From Callorhinchus milii (taxonomy: Eukaryota): 64,000 nucleotides of DNA. Location of the stretch: NCBI RefSeq assembly GCF_018977255.1, contig NW_024704769.1:4526001-4590000 (forward strand), read 5' to 3'. The notes under the pieces were generated by a model. That model saw nothing but the letters and a program-made list of their open reading frames with translations. It had not been told where the DNA came from and ran no database searches. The translations under genes were made by a program, and so were the position numbers. Below are positions 1 to 11,364 of the stretch, in pieces (the first letter of the stretch is position 1; the number at the start of each line of letters is the position of its first letter).

Positions 1-620
1 GGCTGCTCTCTCTCCTTTTACTCTCCTGCCTCTATCTTTAGCACCAGGAGCTGATTATAGTGCTGGGAAGAGAGAATGAGACCTGGACACAAATAGCAAC
101 GTAACCCTCGACCTTTACTGTCTCCTGGCTCTGCAGCTTCCTTCCAAATTAACACTGGAGCCTGAACAGCAGCGAACACTACATTCTTCCCTCCTTCCTC
201 CCTCCCTCGCTCAATAATAATAATCCTTGTATTTGACCCAGCGCCTTATCACATCTTTGAGATGTCACAGGACATCCTATAAAGTGAATCGACTCCGGTG
301 AGCAGCACAGACGGCCCTTTTCTGGGGCCTCAGCTTCTGCTCAACTGCACAGAGTGACATTGAGCTACCACACAAGCCGGTGACCCAGAGTGTGGGTGAG
401 GTCTCTCATCGTTTGGCCAGACAGCTGTCCTCTAACCTAAATGTCAGCCGTAACCCACACTGCATTGAGCCCAAATCCTGCCCCCCACCCCCCCCAGGGC
501 ATACAGAGCATGACCCTCTCACCCCCCAGCTAGGGTACAAGAGGCTTGAAGCCTATGTCCAATACCGCTAACACAGACCTGTTGCACATCCCCCCCCCCT
601 ACACAGTGGAGTTGACTTAC

Positions 621-2216
621 TCTCCAGGTGCTTGACGATGCCGCGCAGGCTGTTGCCATGAGCTGCGATCAGGACACGTTTCCCGGCTTTGATCTGTGGC
701 GCGATCACCTCGTTCCAGAAGGGCAGGGCCCGGGCGATGGTGTCCTTCAGGCTCTCACATGTGGGCAGCTCCCCGGCCTTCAACCCAGCGTAACGCCGCT
801 CCTGGGGACGGGCAGCAAAGAGATTTAACATAATTCATTAAAACAGTTGGCAGTTTTACCTCGATTCCCGAATCACCGTCACTAACAGCCAGCCCGGCTC
901 AGCCGCTCGCACTCTCGCTCAGAGTCGGGAGGTTTTGGGTTCTCTCACAGACAGAAACTCCATTCTCTTTGCGCAACAGTGCCACGAGATCTTTAACATC
1001 TCATCCGAAGGACGGCATCTCTGACAATGCAGCGCTCTCTCTCTCCCCTCAGCACTGCGCTGAGGCGTCAGCCTGGACTGGGAGCTCAAAGTGCCCAACA
1101 TGGGGGGCTCGAACCCACAACCTCCGACTCTGAGGTGACGGTGTGAGCGACTGAGCCACAGACTGAATTACATGTTAGTCTGTGTACGTGTGTAAAGCCA
1201 ATGCTGTGGTGGCTCTGCAGATATGTTAATACAAACACTGACTGATACCCGGGGGGGGGGGGGGGGGGGCACTGTCCGGGCTCCGCACAGCCATCGCGCC
1301 ATGTGGCGCTGAGAGATTTATTCACATTACAATCTCCGGATGAATGAGCGCGAAGTGAATCACTGAACCGAGAGAGACGTGAGGATCTNNNNNNNNNNNN
1401 NNNNNNNNNNNNNNNNNNNNNNNNNNNNNNNNNNNNNNNNNNNNNNNNNNNNNNNNNNNNNNNNNNNNNNNNNNNNNNNNNNNNNNNNNNNNNNNNNNNN
1501 NNNNNNNNNNNNNNNNNNNNNNNNNNNNNNNNNNNNNNNNNNNNTTGGGAAACATTAACCACAAACTCACTGTCTCTGCGCTTTCACAACTTCAGGGGCT
1601 CTGTACCTTCCCGATGTCCTGATCCGCTGTGTGTGTGTGTGTCTCTCTCTCTCTGGCGGGTTGTGTCAGGGTGTGTGTGAGGGGTTGTGTCAGGGGGTCT
1701 GTACCTTCCCGATGTCCTGATCCGCTGTGTGTGTGTGTGTGTCTCTCTCTCTGACGGGTAGTGTCTGGGTGTGTGTGAGGGGTTGTGTCAGGGGGTCTGT
1801 ACCTTGCTGATGACCTGGTAGTAGGGGTGATCGGGGTCCATGGGGGGCGGGGGGGTGTCGAAGGAGCGGCGCCAGATCTTGACCTGCGCCTCCCCGTGCT
1901 TGGCCGCGGTCTCGGCCTTGTTGAGGCCGGTCAGGCCGCCGTAGTGACGCTCGTTCAGGCGCCAGGTGCGGGTGACCGGAAGCCACATCTGGTCAATGGC
2001 GTCGAGGATGAGCCACAGCGTCCGCACCGCCCGCTTCAGCACCGACGTGTAGCAGACATCGAACTGGTAGCCGCCGTCTCTCAGGGCCTCGGCCCCGCGC
2101 TGAGCCTCCGCCAGGCCCCGCTCGCTCAGCTCCGCGTCAAACCAGCCGCAGAAGCGGTTTTCTTGGTTCCACGTGCTCTCCCCGTGCCGCACCAGCACCA
2201 GCCGGTAAATCGTCAT
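621..2216 (-). CDS. PGAM2: Phosphoglycerate mutase 2 (cofactor-dependent PGAM), coding exons 1-2; exon 3 lies left of the window
   Basis: Exon 2216-1803 (414 nt, [17 protein letters not shown]... with RHGE phospho-His motif, donor AAG|GTACAG) and exon 801-621 (181 nt, [29 protein letters not shown]...[14 protein letters not shown]). An uninterrupted 414-nt first coding exon plus a 181-nt exon matches PGAM2 rather than PGAM1 structure, and [17 protein letters not shown] is PGAM2-like. Confidence 0.9.
885..1160. mobile_element. Rearranged fragments of a tRNA-derived SINE in PGAM2 intron 1
   Basis: cagcccggctcag...ctctcgctcagagtcggga head fragment, followed by a reverse-oriented head (tcgaacccacaacctccgactctgag) similar to the copy at 4621-5075. 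Confidence 0.6.
1596..1805. repeat. ~98-bp tandem repeat containing copies of the PGAM2 exon-1 splice donor
   Basis: The motif ctgtacctt (AAG|GTACAG on the minus strand) recurs at 1601, 1699 and 1797, with near-identical intervening sequence. Confidence 0.85.
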
Positions 2217-2317
2217 GGCGGCGGCTGCTGTTACTACTCGAGGCCGGGGATCGGGCTGAGGCCTGGTGTTCGCGGGGGGCGGGGCCGGGGCTGCAGCGCG
2301 GGCCGCGGGGCGGCAGC

Positions 2318-2445
2318 TTTTATAGGTTTCGGTGGCGCTGATGCCGTGGGCGGGGCTAAGGCTGTGGGCGGGGCCGTATGCTATGGGCGGGGCTATGGGT
2401 GGGACCGTGGGTTATGGGCGGGGCTGAGGATGTGGGCGGGGCGGA
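2318..2445 (-). promoter_or_regulatory. PGAM2 core promoter: TATA box plus tandem GC boxes
   Basis: TATAAAA on the minus strand at 2324-2318, about 100 bp upstream of the ATG; repeated GGGCGGGG boxes at 2346-2445; CpG-rich. Confidence 0.7.
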
Positions 2446-3234
2446 AGGAGGGGCTCCTCACGGCAACGGTGCCAGACTGGGCGGGAAAGGAGCGCAGCGC
2501 CACCTGCCGGCGCTTCAACACACACACACACCCTCATAAATCTTCCCCCTCTCCCCAGACTGACAGCCCCCACTCCCTCACACACAGTCCCCACCATCAC
2601 CACATCCCCCAATCCAAACCTCCCTCCTCACACATTGCCCCCCTCCCCCCTCCCCCGCAGCAACGTCCCGCAAACAACGATCAGGTGAGTGGGAGAGCGC
2701 TGATCTGAGATAAGATTGGGTTTTGGTAATGGCTCTGAGACGCCGTCCGGTGTGGAAGGCGCTATATAAATCCAAGTTGTTGTTGTTGTTGTTAGTGGCC
2801 GGGGTTATAAATGGAATCAAAAAATCACTTCTACCTTCCCGGCGATCTCAGGACTGTTGTTATTCTGCCGTCAGAATGTTGTGCAGCTCCACCATCGCCC
2901 CCACACACATGTCATTGAGTGGCTGTTGTACCAGAGACGGGGATCCACGTTCCATTCCCCACCCAACACCAGTTCCCAGTTTCCAGGCAAATGTGCGTAA
3001 GCAACAGCCAACGGACTCTCAACCCTCACAACCTACAAGGTGTTCGCAAAGTCTTGTTACCCCCATGTTTTTTGGACGTGACAAACAGGTGAACTTTGGA
3101 GAAGTGAACAGAGAAAGGGTGACCTTCAGAAACCCCTGAGAAAGATGTTTTCCTCCTACCCCCTCCCAATTCCAGTGTGACTGGGTCAAAGTGCACTTGA
3201 CAATTCACACCCGACTGCTGTGAGGAATTAAGCC

Positions 3235-3475
3235 ATTATAATAATCCTTGCATTTGATATAGCGTATTTCGCGTCTTCTCGACGTCTCAAAGCGCTTCAC
3301 AGAATATACTGTGAAGTGAATTGACTGTATATTTGTAGGCGAAACGCGGCAGCCAATTGCGCGCAGCAGTGTCTCACAAACAGTCATGGATTGAAGTGAC
3401 CAATTTATCACTGTTTTATTTTGGAGAGATTATTATTAGGCGTGTGGGATAAGGAAATTTGCCCAAGATTTCAAT
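3235..3475 (-). mobile_element. Deu-type SINE 3' part
   Basis: aataatccttgcatttgatatagcg...aagcgcttcacag...gcggcagccaattgcgc is the reverse complement of the body and tail of the SINE at 26673-26995. Confidence 0.8.
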
Positions 3476-4433
3476 TGGTTCCATCTAGTGTTTCCAGTGT
3501 AATAGAGACTGAACTGTTCTCCAGTGATCAACTGACATAAAACCCTAAATATCTACATCACAGAGCGGGAGGTTAGGGGAGATGTTCACACATAGACGGT
3601 GAGTGTATGGAACTCCCAGCTGGGAGCTGGGGATGAGACAGAATCAATATTAGCTTCAAGAGGGAACAAGATAAATACCTCAGGTACAGGGGGAGATGAC
3701 AGGTAAATGGGACTGAAAGAATTGCTCTTTGGGGAGTGGTGCAGATGGTTTAGAACCTCCCGGTGTAAGCGTTGCAGAATAGATGCCATGTGTTGTTGTT
3801 ACTGTCCTTGTTGACCTCCCGATCTCCAGGTGTGTGATGTTAGAGTTGTGTGTGTAGGGGTGTGTGTAGGTGTATGTGTGCGTATGTGTACATGTGTGTG
3901 TGTAGGTGTATGTGTGCGTGTGTGTGTAGGTAGGTGGCTGTTGCTAGTGTCTGGGTAAGGATAAGCCCAGGTCGAGACGATGACAAATGTCAGTTTGTGC
4001 CTGTGATTGACTCACAAACTTTCCACTTTGCTCCTGTCTCTGACTCACTCTCCCTCAGGCCACACACACACACACACACAGCACCTGCCCTGCAGGCTCC
4101 AGCTCCTTCTTACACCGTCCATATCACCTGGTCAGCACCACTCTGTCTGTGTCGCTGTCTCTGCCTTTCCCTGTGACAAGGAAATGAGTCAGAATGTGAG
4201 CCGTGAGAGTAGGTTAGTGACAGGAAGTTTGCGGCTCTGATAACAGATGTTCAACCGTCTCTCTGTGCGGTAGGAACACAGACGACAATAACATAGCATT
4301 GCCCGGCTTCCTGTGCCAGCCTGACCCGCGTGTGTGTGACTGAGTTATATATTAAAACCTTTTCAGTTCTAACAAAATCAGTCAATTCAGCCCTTTTCAG
4401 CTCCAAGATTTTCCCAAGTGAACAACGCTGTGT

Positions 4434-4633
4434 GTGGGTGTCAGCCCGGCTCAGTGGGTGTCAGCCCGGCTCAGTGGGTGTCAGCCCGGCTCAGTGGGTG
4501 TCAGCCCGGCTCAGTGGGTGTCAGCCCGGCTCAGTGGGTGTCAGCCCGGCTCAGTGGGTGTCAGCCCGGCTCAGTGGGTGTCAGCCCGGCTCAGTGGGTG
4601 TCAGTCCGGCTCAGTGGGTGTCAGCCCGGCTCA
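4434..4633 (+). repeat. 20-bp tandem repeat x10 (gtgggtgtcagcccggctca) made from a SINE 5' head
   Basis: Ten near-perfect units that run directly into the rest of a SINE head. Confidence 0.95.
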
Positions 4634-5075
4634 GTCGCTCTATGTCTCGCCTCTGAGTCAGAAGGTTGTGGGTTCAAGCTCCACGTTGGGGATTTGGAAT
4701 CACACGGTCTAAGCTGACGCTCCAGCTCAGGGAGAGAGAGAGAGTGTGCTCCGTTGTCAGAGATGCCGTCCTTTAGTTGAGACATTACACTGAGGTCTGT
4801 TCAAGTGGATGTTACAGATTCCCTCGGGGTTTTGGGGAAAAGAAAAGGGAGTTTCTCTCCCTCTCTCCCCCGGTGTCCTGGCCGGCAATCACCTAAATAA
4901 AATCACTCGCTCACTTCACACCTGTTTGTGGGACGTCGCTGTGCACAAATTGACTCCTACTTTCAATCGTAAAGCACACAGTCACCACACTTTACAATAT
5001 ATCTTGTGAAGCGCTGGGAGACAACCCTGACGACACGATAAGGCGCTGAATCAAATGTAAAGATTATTATTATCC
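4621..5075 (+). mobile_element. tRNA-derived Deu-domain SINE (second family)
   Basis: cagcccggctcagt...ctcgcctctgagtcagaaggttgtgggttcaag head, gatgccgtcctt...ccggtgtcctggcc core, gtgaagcgct...gattattatt tail. Related copies lie near 7697, 12960 (minus), 20493 and 24400. Confidence 0.75.
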
Positions 5076-5849
5076 AGAAGTTTTGTTGAAGGTTTGCTTT
5101 CTCAATGTTATAACCTTTGTGAGGGACTGGAGATCGGCGTCTGGTGAATAATAATTGCTGTGCGCAATTGGCTGCCGCGTTCGCCCACAAATATACAGTC
5201 AATTCACTTTACAGTATATTCTGTGAACCGCTTTGGGACGTCCTCCCGACGTGAAAAGCGCTATATCAAATACAATGATTATTATAATCGCTTCACAGGA
5301 TTCAAAGTGTAGTGACTGTGTATTTTGTGGACACACAGAGCGGCCAATTTACGTACAGGCAGATTCCTACAAACAGCTGTGTTAATTGCAGCATTTCTGC
5401 CGTTTGATGAGAGACCTGACTTGTTGGAAAGTTTGTGAGTCGGTGACACAGAAATCAAAACAAAAGTCAAACTTACAAAACACACAGTCACTACACTTGA
5501 CAGCGAAGCCTGCGAAGCGCTTGGAGGCTTTTCAATGACGTGATAAGTAAGGTGTATGTATTAAGCCATTGAGCTGTTGTGACCTGAATTCAGGGTTAGA
5601 GCTATTTGAAATTGTCTCCATGTTACTGTAAGAGTTGAGAGTGGGCGACACGCCTCACAGAGCGGGAGCCTTTGTCACGTGTAAACCCGTGTCGATGGTT
5701 TCCATGGTGACATGCGTGTGATGGTGACTTTCTCTGCAGATGGCACGATACGCGAGAGATACTACACCACTTCCTGTAAACACACATTCTGCTTTCTGTC
5801 AGAAACATCTTCGCACTAATTGTGAGGCTCATCGGGTATCAGTGGCTTC

Positions 5850-5950
5850 AGGGAATCCTCCCCCTCAGCTCCTGTTAACCCTGCAGCCAAAGCCCTAACT
5901 AACGGGTAAGGTGGTCCGAGCTGGACAAGGGCGGGAAAGCTTGTCAGACA
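5850..5950 (+). repeat. Unclassified ~100-bp dispersed repeat
   Basis: ccccctcagctcctgttaaccctgcagccaaagcc...gctggacaag...ggaaagcttg also occurs at 14510-14605, 41546-41670 and 53746-53870. Confidence 0.75.
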
Positions 5951-6031
5951 GTGATATCAATGGCCAAGCTATGGTTTTAGCTGGTTAGACTCCAGCAGTT
6001 ACCCCAACACACACTCTGAGCTCCCCCCAAA

Positions 6032-6400
6032 CCGGCTGGTCACGGTGACGGGTTTCCATGTGTGTCAGACACCCGGCTGGTCACGGTGACGGGTTTCCGT
6101 GTGTATCAGACCCCCGGCCGGTCACGGTGACGGATTTCCGTGTGTGTCAGACACCCGGCTGGTCACGGTGACGGATTTCCGTGTGTGTCACACCCGGCTG
6201 GTCACGGTGACGGTTTCCGTGGTGTGACACCCGGCTGGTCACGGTGACAGGTTTCCGTGTGTGTCAGACACCCGGCTGGTCACGGTGACGGATTTCCGTG
6301 TGTGTCAGACACCCGGCTGGTCACGGTGACGGGTTTCCGTGTGTGTCAGACACCCGGCTGGTCACGGTGACGGGTTTCCGTGTGTGTCAGACACCCGGCT
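6032..6400 (+). repeat. 41-bp minisatellite, about 9 copies
   Basis: Unit cccggctggtcacggtgacgggtttccgtgtgtgtcagaca. One or two related units are also at 27937-28015 and, inverted, at about 39240-39280 and 51407-51445. Confidence 0.9.
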
Positions 6401-8009
6401 GAAGTATAACTGCCTCAGCCACAAGGAACATCAAACCGAAGATCTGAGCCCCATCACAGACACCTTCACATGTCGAGACATTTGTTGGGAAAATGAGTTG
6501 AGAAGCTGAGAGTTGAGGTTGGTTTGAGTTCCTCGGCTCTAGTTGTGGGCGTGTTTAGTGATTGTTGTTGTTGTTGTTAGTGATCGTCTCAGTGGTTGGA
6601 GCTGAGAAGGGAATCTCTCGGTGTCGAAGCCTAGACACACACAGTCTGTGGTCTTGTGATCTTCAAGTCTTACGTAAACCAACTGTCCCTTCCTCAACCC
6701 CAGTAAACGTCAACTGGAGCTGAGGAACTCAAACCAACGCTCACAACTCACTGTGGGAGGGTGTGTGGTGATTGTGTGTGTGTGTAGTGCGTGTGTGTGT
6801 GTGTAGGTGGTGGTGGTGGTGTTGCTATTTTTAACGGATGCTGAAGACAGACAGTGGAACAATCTGTTCCTCTCAGATGGGTATCAAGTGGAAACAGAAC
6901 ATCACACGTCAAAGCTCCTGAACTCGTTAACATACAAACTTCCTTTATCTGCAGTTCACTGTCTGCCAAACAAACATCGCTTCCCCCACCCCCACCCTTT
7001 TGAGACATTTTAAGATGTCTCAAAAGCACTTCATGGGATATAACGTAAAGTGACTGTGTTTTTGTGGGGAACAGCCAATTTGCGCACAGCAGCATCCCGC
7101 AAACAATCATGAAGAGAATGACTGATTTTATTTGGGGGATTGTCAGCCAGGACCCCGGCGGAGAGAGAGAGAAACTCCATTCTCTTTTCCCAACAGCGCC
7201 GTGGGAGATCTTTAACATCCAACTTAACTGGGCACGGATAGGGAGTGAGTGAGGTTTAACGTCTCATCCGAAGGTAGGCGTCTCTGACATGGGCTCAAAC
7301 CCATAAACAGGCTGACGTCTGACCCATCACCATTAGGCAGGTCCCCACAATCCTCTGCCTCAGAGGCGAGAGAGCTACCGAGGCTGATTGACATATCACA
7401 CAGGCTGACACATCATAAATGACTGGAAGCTCTTACAGAAACAACCCTGGGACTGTTATGTGGAGCAAGTGTAAGAAGCCAGTGAGTCACTGAGAAGCAG
7501 AGGCAGATATCACAGTTGTGGTTCTTGTTATGAGGAAGAAAATTGAAATTCCCCTCAGGGCGGAATATCCAATAACTCACAGAATAGAGAAATGAAAGTG
7601 AGTTATTTTTGCTTCTGAGATTTCTGATATTTGGCCATTTAAGAGGTTTCTTGAATAATAAATAAATCTTGCAATTCATGTAGAGCAGCTTCTTATCTCA
7701 GTGGGTAGCGCTTCTGCCAGAGTCAGAAGATTGTGGGTTCGAGGCCCATGTTGGGACTTGGAATCACATTGTCTAGGCTGACGCTCCAGTGCAGCGCTGG
7801 TGGGGGGGGAGAGAGAGAGAGCGCTACCCACTGCGCCGGGCTGACACACACGGCGGGCGGGTGGGAGGCGGGTGGGCGGGGGGAGGCGGGCGGTGGGCGG
7901 GTGGAGGCGGGGGGAGGTGGGTGGGGCCGGGCAGGCGGGTGGGGGCGGGTGGAGGTGGGTGGGTGGGGGGAGGCGGGCGGGCGGGGGGAGGCGGGCGGGT
8001 GGGGGGGGA

Positions 8010-8280
8010 ATGTGAGTAAATTTCCCCGCTTTACAGAGTGTGGGGGGAATCCTCCAGTGAGTGTCTGTTCAGAGGGGACTTTCTGTGTCACGGGGCGGGG
8101 CCGGGAATGTACACCAGGCGAGAGGGGGGGGTTTCCCCTCCTTATATAGACGTGTGGGCGTGTCCCCACACCTTATGTAGCCGTGTGGGCGTGGCCCGGC
8201 CCTTATATGGAGGTGTACGTGCTGAAGGGATTGCCCTAATATGGACAGTTGCGGGTTCCGGGTTCGCACTGTTTAAATAG
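8010..8280 (+). promoter_or_regulatory. DUSP2 immediate-early-type promoter (CArG, EGR-like and NF-kB-like sites, TATA-like element)
   Basis: Perfect CArG boxes CCTTATATGG (8201-8210) and CCTAATATGG (8235-8244); near-CArGs at 8140 and 8171; GTGTGGGCG twice; kB-like GGGGTTTCCC (~8128) and GGGACTTTCT (~8076); tttaaata at ~8273. Confidence 0.7.
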
Positions 8281-8937
8281 ACTGAAACTCGCGCCTCTGC
8301 GTTCAGTTCATCTGCAGAGAATTAAAGTTGGAGAGAAAGTGAGAGGTGATTGTGCTCAGCTCCTCACACCACCATCATCACCATCATCACCACCATCATC
8401 ATCATCATCACCATCATCATCACCAGGAGCCGCCAGGACTGGAATTAACTGAAATCTCACCATTATTTACAATGTAAGTAAATCTGGAAAAACGTCCCAA
8501 CATCGCTTACAGTCCCAATTAACCTTTAAACATCGAAGAGGCGACTCTCCATATTCTTTGTTTACAAATGTTTAACTTTATTTAATTGTGGGAGGGAGAG
8601 GGCGAGGAGTTGGAGAGGGAGAGGAAGGGGGACGGAGAGGTAGAGGGTGTCTATTCTGATCTGATCTCAGCCCCTCATCTTCCCCCCACCCCCCGCCACC
8701 AAAATCAATTTGACATTGTTTCGCCGACAAAATACAGTCACTACACTTTCTGAGCTGTACTTTGTGAAGCGCTTTGAGGCGTCTCAAAGACGTGATGAGC
8801 CGTTGTATCAAATGCGAGGAATATTATTATTATTATTACTTTATTTGTTGCAGAATCGATCGTTAAGTGTGACCAGAGGGGGAAGCAATTAGTGACAGCA
8901 GAGACAGAGACACGGAGACCAACTGACGCCTCAGACC

Positions 8938-10638
8938 ATGGTGTTGATGGAGACTCTGGAGATAGGGAGCCGAGGTTTGGTGGAATTGCTGATGACAGAC
9001 AACAATCTGGTGGTTCTGGATTGTCGCTCCTTCCTGGCCTTCAACACCTCTCACATCAGGGGCTCCCACAACGTCTACTGTAACAGCATCATCAAGCGCA
9101 GGGCTAAGGGTACCCTGACCCTGGAGGCCATGCTCCCCGAGAGCAGCATGAGAGCTGGCCTGAGGTCTGGTCGCTACCCCCGGCTGGTGGTGCTGGAGGA
9201 GAGGAGCTTGAGCACAGCCACACTGAGCCACGACAGCACAGCCAGACTGGTTCTCAACACCCTCCAGCTACAAATAGACCTCAGCACCACCCAGATCTGC
9301 TTCCTCAAAGGTCAGTCATTACAGTCAATAATAATTCATAATATTCATATATTAATCCTTGCCTGTGATTATAACACCTTGTCTCGTCTTCAAGACGTCT
9401 CAAAGCGCTTCACAGGATACACTGTAAAGTGTAGTGACTGTGTATTTTGTGGGCGAAATGTGGCAGCCAATTGTGCACACAGACGTGGATTGAGTGACCA
9501 AATTATTGTTTTTTTTGGAATGGATTATTACTCCCAGAAAGTCCTCTGTACACAGGAGCTGGACATTGTGTTGATGTTATTAATTATATTATTATGATTA
9601 TTGATCTCCCTGACTTTCTCTCCACAGGAGGCTACGAGACATTCCTCTCTCTGTTTCCTGAGTTGTGCACTGAGCCACCGTCCTGCCAGCAGCCGGGAAC
9701 CACCCCCACCCTGATCGCTAGGGGAACCCCACTGTACGATCAGGTGAGGCTCTCAGCAACACAGTTCCCAGTGGTGTGTTACAGGGAGATTCTGTGTGTT
9801 GTGTTAATGGGCTGACAGTGTGGGGTGTGTTAGCGTTGGGGTACCAAGCTCACAGTGTGGCTGCGTTTATAGGGATGTCCTGTGTGTATGTGTGTGTGTG
9901 TGTGTATTAATGGGCTGACGGTGAGTGTGTATTGGTGTAATGAGCTGACATTGTGTGTTTACAGGGAGGTCCTGTGGAGATCCTGCCCTCCCTTTACCTG
10001 GGCAGTGCCCTCCATTCCTCTAGGAAGGAAACGCTTGAGTCTCTGGGCATCACGGCCGTCCTCAACGTCTCCTCCTCCTGCCCCAACTGCTTTGAGGGCG
10101 ACTTTCAGTACAAGAGCCTCCCCGTGGAGGACAGCCATATGGCAGACATCAGCGCCTGCTTCCAGGAGGCCATTGACTTCATCGGTAAGAGACATAATAT
10201 GATGTGGGACACCGCTGTGTGCAATTGGCTGTTGCGTTTCTCCCAACAAAATACACAGTCACAACACTTTACGGTATATTCTGTGAAATGCTCTCAGATG
10301 TCATGTAAATGCAAGTTATTGCTGTTGTTGTTGAGACGTCTGAACAACTTGATGAGGCGCTATATCAAATGCGTAGGTTATTATTATTCTTATTAATAAC
10401 GATGGTTTATCTCCTCTCCCCAGACGCTGTGAAGGACCAGGGTGGCAAAGTGTTGGTGCATTGTCAGGCCGGCATCTCCAGGTCGGCCACTATCTGCCTG
10501 GCTTATCTAATCCGCACGCAGAGAGTGCGCCTGGAGGAAGCTTTCGACTTTGTCAAGCGGCGGAGAGAAGTCATCTCGCCCAACGTCAGCTTCATGGGGC
10601 AGCTGCTACAGTTCGAGACAGAGGTCCTGTGTCACTAA
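8938..10638 (+). CDS. DUSP2: Dual-specificity MAPK phosphatase 2 (PAC-1), 307 aa
   Basis: Exons 8938-9310, 9628-9743, 9965-10184, 10424-10638 (924 nt, all GT-AG, frame intact). Rhodanese/KIM domain (LDCRSF...IIKRRAKG), catalytic VHCQAGISRSAT, DUSP2-type short C-terminus LLQFETEVLCH*. AATAAA at 10986. Confidence 0.93.
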
Positions 10639-11364
10639 TGAGGTCACGTCCCAAACGCTTACATCCAGCACCGGCCTCGACTCTAAGCTCAGAGTCCCTG
10701 ACGTGAGAAGCTCAGACCCACAACCTTCTGGTCCTGCCGGTGTGGTTCTTACACAGTGAGAGCCGAGAAGCAGGTGGAGGAGTGCGGAGGCTGCTCTGGG
10801 ATGAGCCAAGGTCCACACTGGGTGGTGGAACCTACCCCACCCTCCCTCCCCCCATCAGACTCTCCTACACTGAACCATGTCACTGACCACCACACAGCCA
10901 ATGCCTTGGGCCTGGGGGGGCCATGAGGTGCGGCCCCCGGTTTAGTCTCTCGTGGGCTCCACATTCACAGTCTCTCCGGGAAAGCAATAAACGTTGTGTT
11001 TCCTCTGGTTCACTACCTGCTCATTTCCTGAAGAGGAAAATACTTTATATTTTCAAATGAATGTGTATATTTTGGTATATAAGTTGCCTGATAAGCTATT
11101 ACAATTGCACTAATTGTTATTAAAATGAAAAATGGCAATTCTGTGTTGGATTAAATCTTTTCCTCTTGTCCATGTTATCAATAATCACCACCTCAGACCA
11201 GGCGGAATTCTGACGCCATCGCCTTCAAACCCCTCCACAGTCTGACCCCGAGCGCCGGGACCTTCTCCGCTCAGAGCTTTATTATTATTATTATTATTAT
11301 TATTGTGACTGAGGGTCTGACTGTCGCTGCAGGAAAGGCTTTGGCCACTCAATGGCGTGACTCT

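Noticed and set aside
1785-2708. 307-aa plus-strand ORF
   Set aside because: Antisense shadow of GC3-rich PGAM2 exon 1 plus its promoter; non-ATG start and no recognisable domain.
6032-6400. CRISPR-like array (also 4434-4633 and 11591-11812)
   Set aside because: Head-to-tail units without unique spacers, no cas genes, vertebrate context.
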